64,000 nt of DNA from the human T2T-CHM13v2.0 reference genome, Homo sapiens. The DNA is taken from assembly GCF_009914755.1 (NCBI RefSeq), contig NC_060936.1; one strand, written 5' to 3'. The notes beneath the pieces were generated by a model, which saw only the letters and a list, made by a program, of their open reading frames with translations, did no database searches and was not told the origin of the DNA. The translations under genes and the position numbers were made by a program. Of this stretch, positions 13,619 to 25,337 are shown in pieces. The stretch's first letter is position 1, and the number at the start of each line of letters is the position of its first letter.

Positions 13619-14504
13619 GTGTGTGTGTGTGTGTATGTGTGTGTGTGTGTGTGAAGTTCCATTTTTTTAAAATTACACTTTAAGTTCTAGGGTACATGTG
13701 CACAACATGCAGGTTTGTTACATATGTATATATGTGCCATGTTGGTGTGCTGCACCCATTAAGTCATTTACATTGGATATTTCTCCTAATGCTATCCCTA
13801 CCCCATCCCCCCGCCCCACAACAGGCCCGGTGTGTGGTGTTCTCCACCCTGTGTCCAAGTGTTCTCATTGTTCAGTTCCCACCTATGAGTGAGAACATGT
13901 GGTGTTTGGTTTTCTGTCCTTGTGATAGTTTGCTCAGAATGATGGTTTCCAGCTTCATCCATATCCTTACAAAGGACATGGACTCATCCTTTTTTATGGC
14001 TGCATAGTATTCCATGGTGTATATGTGCCACATTTTCTTAATCCAGTCTATCATTGATGGACACTTGGGTTGGTTCCAAGTCTTTGCTATTGTGAATAGT
14101 GCTGCAATAAACATACGTGTGCGTGTGTCTTTATAGCAGCGTGATTTATAATCCTTTGGGTATATACGCAATAATGGGATGGCTGGGTCAAATGGTATTT
14201 CTAGTTCTAGATCCTTGAGGAATCGCCACACTGTCTTCCACAATGGTTGAACTAGTTTACAGTCCCACCAACAGTGTAAAAATGTTCCTATTTCTCCACG
14301 TCCTCTCCAGCATCTGTTGTTTCCTGACTTTTTAATGATCGCCATTCCAACTGGTGTGAGATGGTATCTCATTGTGGTTTTGATTTGCATTTCTCTGATG
14401 GACAGTGATGGTGAGCATTTTTTCATGTGTCTGTTGGCTGCATAAATGTCTTCTTTTGAGAAGTGTCTGTTCATATCCTTTGCCCACTTTTATGGGGTTG
14501 TTTG
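13619..14504 (-). mobile_element. 5'-truncated L1PA with (CA)n inside its tail
   Basis: ORF 13872..14474 encodes the L1 ORF2p C-terminus; L1PA 3'UTR; TSD cataatgacactttt 13604-13618 / cataatcacactttt 14505-14519. Confidence 0.92.
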
Positions 14505-15041
14505 CATAATCACACTTTTTACACAGAATTTCAAGGGGAAAATGCCCGGAGGTACCATGTATGTGCTTGCCCACTTGGACTACAGAGTATACTTATTTGT
14601 GAACAAGCCAAAAACACATTTTAACTAAATCTGCCCTCCTATTTTTACTTTCTCAATAACTCAATCCAAGAGCTGTTTTGAAAAGTTGACAACTTCAATA
14701 CAAATGTTTTATGATATTCCTCCAAACTTGGCCAAACAACTCTTTCTGTATCGTAAATACTTCATTGAACTCAGAATTCATCTGGAGATGACTCCACTGG
14801 CAAGTAGCCGAGAGCTGTGGATCCTGATTTCTGTGGTGAGAGTTTATTAATTAGAGAAAATTGCTGCTCTGAAAAGCAACCCCAGAACTTCCAAGGCCTA
14901 ACACAGTAAGTGGCTAGCTAGATTATTAGTAGAGCATGGACTGATGACCAGAACCACAGGTGGCTGTCAAGAATGTATAGTGAAGCAATTTGTAGACTGG
15001 TTTCTTAGGTTTAAGTGCGCGTCTTTGCCTCATGGGGGCAC

Positions 15042-15085
15042 TACACACATGCGCACGCGCGCGCGCACACACACACACACACACA
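15042..15085. repeat. (CA)n-(CG)n-(CA)n alternating purine-pyrimidine tract
   Basis: 44 bp of uninterrupted alternation, read directly. Confidence 0.9.
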
Positions 15086-16431
15086 GAGTGTATTCTTGAT
15101 TAGGAGTTACAGGTTTTTTTCTGGATAGTTAAAATTATTTTTAGGAAACCATAGAAACTATCAAAATGACTTACTATGAAAATATGCACACAAGTTGTCA
15201 ACCTGCAAATATATATATGACAGCTAAGGTTTTCTTCATGCTACTAATCAATCAAATTGAAGTAGCAAAGAGCTAGAAACAACATAGTTTGATGAAAGAT
15301 GTTGAATCTATAGGAAGAAATCTTTTCTACACTAATCTGACAATCTTGACAGATTAGATTTAGGTGATGGATGTAGGACACATGCTCAAATGATGACAGA
15401 ATAACTAAAAGTGAAACCTTAGTTGAAACCTCTTCTTGGCATGAAGTGGTTCAACTGTCCTGCAAGAGTGCACTCGGAGTTTGTCACTGTACACCCTGAA
15501 CTTTCTGAAACATTCCCAATTTAAATGTTCTACTTTGTTTCCCCTGTAAAATATCTCAGAAATGCATTTTTTTCAGAGTCTAAACTGCTTCTCAAATCTA
15601 AGTGAAACAGAAAGCCTTTGACAGATCATCTATCTCAAGTTATAATGGAGAAAATGCATTTGCTTTTATCTCAAACCAAAAATATGACAAGGATGTATTT
15701 CTGCCCTCAGGCAGCTTAGAGCTTAACACAGAAATAAAAGTCCAGCTAACAAAAGATGAGAGAGGAAAGAAGGAAGAGAAGGAAATCAAGGAGATTGAGG
15801 AAAAGGATTTCTGATCCACGGTACTTTGATACTTGGTGTCATTGAGAAGACAAGGAAAGAAATATGTACTTTGTCATATTTAACTCTTAGCTTCACATGT
15901 AAAATATCAATTTCAGAAATTTAAAAATTGATTACTTTTCTACATTTATAAAGTAATATTATTTATTGTAGATTATCTTGAAATTTAGAAAACACAAAGA
16001 AGGTAAGAGAATCACTCATGATTCTACTTCCTAGCAATAAACAATGTTTTTTGTGTACCCATAGATGAGCTTTTAAAAAATTATACTCTTCATATGCTTT
16101 TTGTAGTTTTGAGTCTCATTGTCTCATTTTTCATTTACTGTATTGTGAATTAATTTTCCACATATTCATTTGCAATTTTAATATTTATAACAATAGTCTA
16201 ATTTTTTATTTTAATTAGCTTCTGTATTTTCCACATCTGTAGAATATTATTTTAATGAATGTTAATACATGTTAATTCATAGCATGCATCAGTCAAGATG
16301 GGTTAGATTATGCTGTGTTAACGAACAGCTCCCAAAATCTTCTGGTTTGTAGTGTTTTCTACTTATTTTGGTTTATATTTTTTTAACGTAACCAGCACAA
16401 TGCCCAGTAAATCACAGGTACTCTGTAACTG

Positions 16432-16719
<288 letters not shown>

Positions 16720-19700
16720 ACTATTTTTATTATGTTTAGTAGTAGTGAGCTTATCATATAATTCTAAGTAGACAGTAATTCTGTGATTACATGATATACA
16801 CTGGGAAGATATACTGTGGATGATGTAACTATGGTTTGAATGCACAACTGGCTGACAGGTATATTCAGAGATAATTTTTTATTGTATCACTGTTATTCTA
16901 AGATATACTGTGGGGTAAGAGTTATTTTAGTAGTTTCACTCAGAACTTAAATAGTATAGTAAAAAAATAACTAAATGTCATCAGAAAATTACTTAAAATT
17001 CTTTAAGCTTTTATTTCTTCACTGATAAGATGAGGATCGTAATATCTATACTGCTTAACTCACAGAACTAACTAAGATGATATATATAAAAGCATCAAAA
17101 GCATTTTACAGGCTATAAGATAATAAAGTGTAAGTTCTGTTACAGAGATCAACGCTTACTGTAAGAATTCTAAGTCATTATGGAAAAAGCTAGTTGTGTT
17201 CACTAGAGTTTGCATAAGAGTCCTGGACTGTGTAATGTATTTTACAAAATTTTCATTAAAATATTTATAGCTCAAGAAGCAAAATATCTACTATCAGAAA
17301 AATTCAGTGCTGTTGGATAGCTTATCCTCCATAGATAAAGAATAAGTCAGGTGTTACTGACATTATTTCTCATATGTCCAGAAACCTGAAGATATGTTAG
17401 CATTAAATTCATAAGAGATTAGTGCCATTTCTTTGTCATGTTCTTTTGAATAATGTCCAATATTCATCTTTGGGGTGTGGAGGATTTGGTACTGAAGAAA
17501 ATATCAAATGTCAGTTAAAATGAAGACTCCAGAGGGTTGGTGATGAAGATGTTTAGTAGAATCTATTTCTCTAGAGCCTGGCACTGTTTCTGACACATAT
17601 GTGGTGTTCAATATACATTTGTTAACTAAATAGCAAGATGTAACTTTTAAATCATGATTTTGATTTATGACTGTAAGGAGAAATTTCCTAAAATTATAAA
17701 AATTGTTGGAGTATTAAAAAATGGTTGAATTCAGGGCATAAATTTCTGAGTGACCCTTGTTTGAGTTTTGGTGTGTATTTTCAAAATGTTATGTTACTTT
17801 ATAGTTGTGTATTCTGCTTTCTTAAGTGAAAGTAAGCTGTTATCCTGTTTTCTTTTAATTTATGTCAATCAGTCATTCAATAAGATCTCATTAATGCATT
17901 AAAATCTGTATGTAAGTTTCTTCAGTATATAAATTTAATGATTCTTGGGATTAGTCTCAGTTGCTTCAATATTTAAAAGTATAATTAATATTTTTTACCC
18001 CACTAAATTGGATCGAAATTATTTGATAGTGTCACACAGTCCTACAATGCAAAAACAGCTTAAACTACAAATGCCATAGATAGACAGACAGACAGATAGA
18101 TATTCCTTTTTATTCATTTTAAGATTACATCAAAATAGTACAGAAGGTTTAACTGAATGTATCCATGTGGTCAAATACGCTAAAAGGAGTTTTGCAGGAG
18201 GAATCAGAATCTGTGTAAATGAAGGAAATAGAATCTGTAGAGTGCTGCCAAGTTATGGATATTAAAAACAGCGATTGTGGAATTTAATTCCTATATAAAA
18301 TATTTAAAACCCAATTTATATAATAAAATCAAATCTATTAATTCATTTGCCTTTTTTAAAAAAAGCTTTTTTATATTGCTGGATGGAATTTTTTGACCCA
18401 GTGGTACTAAATGTGCATTATTTAACAAAAGCCAATACTGGCAGTAAAAGCAATTCTAAATAACCTTCCAAGACATTCTCAGAGGGTAGCAGTACCAGTA
18501 AGCACTGGAAAATTAGTTTTATTTTTAATTATGAATAAATTAGGGTCTTTAAAATATTTTGTTTAGTTCATATAATGTGATGATTCGGTTTTCCTTCTAA
18601 AGATACTTCATTGGGCTGATAGAATTGGAAAGAACTCTACCGGTTTATCTAACCCCTCCTGTTACCGAAGGAGGACACAGAGGTTCAGAGAAGAGTAAGA
18701 TTCCTAAAAGCAGTTGATAGGCATAGTGCTATGACCTTTGAAGCAGTTTGTACACATGGGACAGTTTTAACATTGCAGATGTGTCATGTGGTTTTTCTTT
18801 GGGAGCAATTAGAGTAATTTTTAACCTGAAAATCATTGGAAACATTTTTTATTTCAAGAAGCTAATCTATTGTGCTAAGGTTTTCTTTTTCATCCCCCTT
18901 ATTAGCCTGGGCATTTTGATAAATGTAACTAATATTATCTAGCACTTTTCAATTTCACAAACATATTTATATTTTACATTCTCACTTGAGTCTCAGAACC
19001 ACCTTGTCAGATAAGGCAATACTACTCTTATCCCACAGATGAGGAGACTGAGGCTAAAGGAAATTTAATTGTTCAGATCATGTAGGTAAGCACAGTAGGA
19101 GGCAGAGCCACATTTGAACCCAGACCTTTCTACTCCAGAACCTTTGTCCCATCTCTGTCTAGTTTACATAGTTGGAAGTTGCTTTTTAAAAGTCAGATTG
19201 TTGGGCAAGGGAGGGGAAAAAATAAATAAATAAATAAAAGATCATTGTGATGACACATCACTATTTAAAGGAATTCTGTGGTCAGCCCTTTTGTTATAGG
19301 AAAAATGTCTTACTAGCTACCACGTGTTGAATGCCTGCTGTGGGCCAGGCAGTGTGGTAGGTGCTAACCCTCAGAATCTGCGAAGCATTTTAGAAGGGAA
19401 GTTGTGCTGCTTATCTAGTAAGTAACTCACGTAGGATTGTTTGCCTCCAAAACCCCAACTTCCAGCTATACCCCAAATTCAGGTTTCCCTAAAGGAGAAC
19501 ACACTCATATGCTTATAGCAAAATCATTTTTTAATGTGCTCCTCATGAATTACATACATGGGTGTTGATATTTACACATCTAGATTTCCATTTATTGATG
19601 CAGTAATTGCAAAAATACTACTATTGGCTCAGAAGCTCATGAAATTTAAAAAAGAAAGCCAGGAAGGTAAATCAATCAATAGCTGTTTATACAAGTATAA

Positions 19701-19910
19701 TTGCTGGATGGCAGCGTTGGTTTTTTTTCTTTGTAATTATTTATGTACACTTTTCACAAAATTTAATCTATCTGACCCACTCAAATGAAAATATTTAAAA
19801 AGCATGTTCAAGCTTATGGCATTACATTCATATTCTTCTGAAACTTTATCTTACTTTCATAATGATTAGATTCAGTATATTTTTCAATGTATATGTGATT
19901 GTATTCTGGT

Positions 19911-20218
19911 GTTTGTTTGTTTTGTTTTTTTTTTGAGACAGAGTCTTACTCTGTCACCCAGGCTGGAGTGCAGTGACACAATACAGCTCACTGCAGCCTT
20001 GATCTCCCAGGATCAGGCGATTCTCCTATTTCAGCCTCTCAAGTAGCTAGGACTACAGTGCACAGCACCATTCCCGGCTAACTTTTTCATATTTTATTTG
20101 TAGAGACAGGGTTCTGCCATGTTGCCCAGGCTGGTCTCAAACTCCTGGGCTCAAGAAGTCTGCCCACCTTTGCCTCCCAAAATACTGGGATTACAGGCGT
20201 GAGCCACTGCACCCAGCC
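19911..20218 (-). mobile_element. AluJ
   Basis: Diverged antisense Alu dimer. Confidence 0.88.
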
Positions 20219-21016
20219 TGCTGGTTTGTTTTTAACAATATTTTGCTTTGAGTTTTTTTTTTTTTTTTAGAAGAAGAATCTCTGATACTATCATATTACC
20301 AAAACTGAACAAGTCTTCTCTTCAGGCCCCTCTTTTTATATGAATTTGTTTTGAAGAGTTTTTTTCATTGAGCTGGTTTTTTGTTTGTCATGGGTGTCCA
20401 GGAAGATGTCAGCTGTGTGAGCGATGGGTTGGTGGAGCACTCAGGTGGAGATGGAGAGGAGACCTGGGCACCTCCTGTGGCTGAGTCACAGTTCTCCACT
20501 GGTCCCCATGTCTCCTTTCAGGAGGAGAAGTGGGGCCTCCAGCCCTCCCAAGTTCTGATGTGGAAAAAAGCCGAGGGATTTCCACAGTGGAAATGTATTT
20601 GAGTTTTGAAGTTCCACCTAGTTCCTGGACCAGCCCCTCATGTTTCACATGGTGATTCTGTTGTCCTTTGTTTCAGCTAGAAAATAAACTTTGTTCAGTC
20701 TTGCCCCAAATGAGAAGTTCTAGGCAGCCAGGTATTTGGCAAGAGTATAAGAGTCCCACCAAGGTTTAAAGTATAAAGTTGAATTTCTAAGCAAGCCTAA
20801 AGAGTATGTGCAATACACATCTTCTGATTTTATGTTGTTACATGTCGTGAGGGGTTTGGTATCTTCAAGTAAAGGTTTTAAAGGAACCTGAACTAGACTC
20901 AAACTTGACCCTCTGATGCTAATCGAAAATACACAATCATCAAATGGCATTCTTACTCCATTTTTTAACTATTACATATCCCATTTTGACAAGTTATTCT
21001 TACCTTTTTTACATAG

Positions 21017-21906
21017 GTCGAACTGGAAGGTACACCCTTATAGAGAAATGGAGAGATACTGAAAGACACTTAGCACCTCATGAAAATCCTATCATATCCT
21101 TAAACAAATGGGGGCAGTATGCTAGTGATGTGCAGCTCATTCTACGACGAACTGGGCCGTCTCTCAGTGAGCGACCCACTTCAGACAGTGTGGCTCGAAT
21201 TCCTGAAAGAACTTTATACAGGCAGAGTCTGCCCCCCTTAGCTAAACTGAGGCCTCAGATTGACAAATCAATCAAAAGGAGGGAACCGAAAAGGAAATCA
21301 CTGACATTTACAGGAGGTGCCAAAGGATTAATGGACATTTTTGGAAAAGGTAAAGAAACTGAGTTTAAGCAAAAGGTGCTGAATAACTGCAAAACAACAG
21401 CAGATGAGTTGAAGAAGCTAATCCGTCTGCAGACAGAGAAGCTTCAATCCATTGAGAAACAGCTGGAATCTAATGAAATAGAAATAAGATTTTGGGAGCA
21501 AAAGTATAATTCCAACCTTGAAGAGGAAATTGTCCGTCTAGAGCAAAAGATCAAAAGAAACGATGTAGAAATTGAGGAGGAAGAATTCTGGGAAAATGAA
21601 TTACAGATTGAACAGGAAAATGAAAAACAGCTGAAGGATCAACTTCAAGAAATAAGACAGAAAATAACAGAATGTGAAAACAAATTAAAGGACTATTTGG
21701 CACAGATCCGGACTATGGAAAGTGGTCTTGAAGCAGAAAAATTGCAACGGGAAGTTCAAGAGGCACAGGTCAATGAGGAAGAGGTTAAAGGAAAGATCGG
21801 TAAGGTCAAAGGGGAGATTGACATTCAAGGCCAGCAGAGTCTGAGGTTGGAAAATGGCATCAAAGCTGTGGAAAGATCTCTTGGACAAGCCACCAAACGC
21901 TTACAG
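21017..21906 (+). CDS. RASSF8: RASSF8 coding exon 2 (rest of RA domain and long coiled coil)
   Basis: Acceptor ttttttacatAG at 21016; open frame [14 protein letters not shown]...ATKRLQ (part of ORF 20944..21921); donor CAG|GTAGGG at 21907; 890 nt; joins in frame with exon 1. Confidence 0.97.
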
Positions 21907-22580
21907 GTAGGGACACTTTGATAAATAGAATGTTTGGCCCATGTAAAATAGTATCTTCTTGGAATCTCCTTTTCATCATTGTCAATTTTTCCTTATATTC
22001 AAAGAATTAGAAACCCAGCCTTGTTTAAAACTTTTGTCGAACTCTTGTGACTTACGACAGCTTAGATGGGAGCAGTAGCCTTGCGGATCCTTCTCCATGG
22101 AAGAGCCTTGTCTTACTGTGACAGTTGTAGCGTTAGATAATGGGATGGAATGGACACTAATGATGAGATAGTGAATCTCACCTTCTCCTTTCAGAGATAG
22201 GGAAACTAGAGCTGAAAGAGCTGTCCATGGATTGGTTGGCCAGGGATTGTTGTGGCTAGCTGACTGCTTATCTGTCACTTCTCCATTGTTGCCAGCCAAT
22301 CCCAGCTTCTTTCCTGACACATAAACAGCCCCCGTCCCTTCTCCCCTCTCCACAGTACCCTCCTTTGCTTTCCTGAGAGAGGCACAAAGATTTCTGTCTG
22401 ATTTTCCCCCTTTCTAGTTCACATACGAGAAGTTCTATTTTGCCACTTAAACCCTAATCACTCAACTTACATTTCTTGGATACCCATTCTTGAAAAGACC
22501 CTGTGATTATGTTGCGGAAGTTGCAAAGATGTATCAAACAGTCTGTATCAGATGGGACGAGAAAGAGACACAATTGATTA

Positions 22581-22895
22581 CAATATGGCTACTTAAATTT
22601 AAATTAAGATTAAATAATAAGGCAATTAAATTATTAAATAATTTAAAATTCTGTTTTTAGTCACACATGGTCACATTTCAAGTGCCCAGTAGCTGCTGTA
22701 CGGGCCGTGCAGACACAGAACATTTCCACCATTGAAGGAGGTTCTGTTGGACTGTGCTGGTTTAGAGCTTACGATTCAAAGTGTAGTCCATGCCAGGCAG
22801 CTCCAGGGTACTACTTGTAAGAAATTCAGAATCTACATTGAAACAGGATGCCCAAGTAATACCTGTGTACAGTGAGGTTTGAGAAGAGCTGCTTT
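22581..22895. mobile_element. hAT-Charlie MITE fragments (MER3/MER33-like, then MER5-like)
   Basis: cacatttcaagtgcccagtagc...gaacatttccaccattg...gttctgttggac; aagtgtagtcca...gtttgagaag. Confidence 0.55.
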
Positions 22896-24087
22896 AGAAC
22901 ATCAACAGTTAGTTCCACAATCAGAGAAAGCTGAGGTTTTAGGAAGAACTGATGTGATCTCCTTTCTCCGTCATTATCTGTAGTAAGAGATAAAACTACC
23001 ACCCAAATTTTGAAAATCAAGAATTTCTCATGCAGTAGAAGCTTGTCAGCCTCTAATTTGTCAGTATTTTACTATTGGGATTCATTTTGACATTTAAAAA
23101 AAGGTACAAGTGGAAGTTGTGTTGCTTTTGATATCACAGAAAACACTAACTTATCACAGTCATTACTAGCAAATCCCTCTACCCACTGAAAAGTGTCTGA
23201 TAATCAAATATTGATATATCCCCAAGTACCCCCTACACTCAAATAAGTGGAGAAAACAACCATTCACTTCTAATCTCTTCCCAACCCCTACCAAATCCTT
23301 GGGACCCACCCAGCCTGGGTAGAGCCAGGGTACTTTTTCTTATATACAGTAGAGGAAAGAAAGAAATGAAAAGCTGTTTAAATAATAGGATGCCCCTCCT
23401 TGCTTTTACAGCTTTCCAGCTATCCAAACTTGATCTCCTTCTGTAGGACTCTGTAGTTCTCAGATCTTTGTCAAGGATTTAGGAATTCCATAGTGAGAAT
23501 CTTGTGGGAATCTTGCTTTCCTCATGCTGTAAGATAAATCTCAATAATGTATCCCATGAAAATTGAAACAGCTTACAAAAACAAGAACTCTAAATCCATG
23601 GAACAAATTACAATTAACTTTGTAGTTATAAGTTAATATGAAGTGGTTAATATGTAAATTTGTGACCAGCTTAGCAAGATTGCTGCAACACAGAGATGGG
23701 TAAAAACCTGTGGGGTTTTTTCTTTTTATTTTCCACCAATGAGTTTACAGACTGAGAAACCCATTTTTGTTTTTGTTTTTTAATGAAAGTTTATAGACAT
23801 ATTTATTTCAGAAGGGTGCATAATGGTTTTCCAGAGGAAAGCATCACATTTAAGAGGACAGACTAATGAAACTGTTGTCTTCCCTTGGCTTATTTCTTGG
23901 CCTACACCACAGAGTGAAAGTGACCTCTTTAGCCCATTGTGTCAATATAAACCAGATTTGTTAAATGTGCTTTTATGAAAGCAGATGTTGCACATTTAAC
24001 CCCTGTAGCAGATGGATCCTCACAAAGATGTCTTGCACTGTCCAGTAGTGAATCCTCAAATTTAAAAAAATAATAATTTCCATCTAG

Positions 24088-24232
24088 GACAAAGAACAGG
24101 AACTGGAGCAGTTGACTAAGGAGTTGCGGCAAGTCAATCTCCAGCAGTTCATCCAGCAGACAGGGACAAAAGTTACCGTTTTGCCAGCGGAGCCCATTGA
24201 AATAGAGGCCTCACATGCAGACATTGAAAGGG
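24088..24232 (+). CDS. RASSF8: RASSF8 coding exon 3 ([26 protein letters not shown]...ADIER)
   Basis: Acceptor tttccatctAG at 24087; donor G|GTAAGA at 24233; 145 nt, phase 0 to 1; contains the [15 protein letters not shown] motif typical of RASSF7/8. Confidence 0.96.
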
Positions 24233-24283
24233 GTAAGATGTTGATAAATATGGTTTATTTTCCCTTTATTCTCACTGCTTAAC

Positions 24284-24589
24284 TTTTTTTGTTTTTGTTT
24301 TTTGAGATAGTATCACTGTATCGCCCAGGCTGGAATGCCAGGGGTATTACCACGGCTTACTGCAGCCTCGACCTCCTGGGCTCAGGTGACCCTCCTACCT
24401 CAGCCTCCTGTAGCCGGGGCTACAGGTGCATGCCACCATACCTGGCTGATTTTCTTTTTTTGTATTTCTTGTAGAGATGAGGTTTCATCATATTGCCCAG
24501 ACTAGTCTCAAACTCCTGAGCTCAAGTGATATGCCTGCCTCAGCTTCCCAAAGTGCTGGGATGACAGGCATGAACCAGCATGCCCGACC
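24284..24589 (-). mobile_element. AluJ, ~50 bp downstream of the exon donor
   Basis: Antisense dimer; TSD ctgcttaacttt at 24275 and 24592. Confidence 0.9.
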
Positions 24590-25215
24590 ATCTGCTTAAC
24601 TTTGAATAAACTACTTGTATTCAGTTAAAATATTACCCTAACATTCATAGCTAATTTTTAAGTGGGACACTTAAAAATTCTTTTTTTAAAAAAATATTTC
24701 CCATTTCTAGAGGAAAACCAGTAACATTTAGGTTATTTATTTACTTAGGTGAGCATGTAATCACCAAATGTCATATCATTAGTTTGAAACTACTTCTTTA
24801 TTAAAACTTTTTTCTGAAGTATATATGAGTTATAGTCTATTAATTTGAATTTTGGCTTCTCTGTTCCTTATGCCCCCCTTTTCCTTCTTTTTCTTCTAAA
24901 AGTTATTATTAATTTGTGCTGATATTTAAAAGACAATTCCAAATCTGTGTATGCATATGGTGTGAACAACCAAAAAAAGAAGCAGAATATTCACCTTTTG
25001 TAAAGATCATTCACTGTTCAAATCAACAAAAACTAGTTTATCAAAGAGACCTGAGAAGGTTTTAGCCTTCTCCCCCAGCCCAGGGCACACAGGGGATTGC
25101 AATTATTGCTCTATGCAGTTTTCCCTTTTGGGGTAGGAAGCAGTCTGATTTTTTATATTGCTAAGTACTCCAAGTTGACGAGCTCATCAGGTGGCTCTCT
25201 TTGTTTCCTGTTTAG

Positions 25216-25337
25216 AGGCACCATTCCAGTCTGGGTCCCTGAAGCGACCTGGTTCATCTCGGCAGCTCCCCAGTAATCTCCGCATTCTGCAGAATCCTAT
25301 CTCATCTGGTTTTAATCCTGAAGGCATATATGTATGA
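25216..25337 (+). CDS. RASSF8: RASSF8 proximal last coding exon ([13 protein letters not shown]...NPEGIYV-stop), 419-aa isoform
   Basis: Acceptor ctctctttgtttcctgtttAG at 25215; TGA at 25335-25337; total CDS 103+890+145+122=1260 nt = 419 aa plus stop. Confidence 0.95.

Noticed and set aside
20503-20655. Possible cassette exon starting after tgtctcctttcAG (20521)
   Set aside because: The acceptor looks good, but no convincing donor follows.
20944-21016. N-terminal extension MAFLLHFL... and C-terminal VGTL* of the 325-aa ORF
   Set aside because: Intronic read-through on either side of the true exon; canonical splice sites at 21016 and 21907 give the in-frame 419-aa protein.
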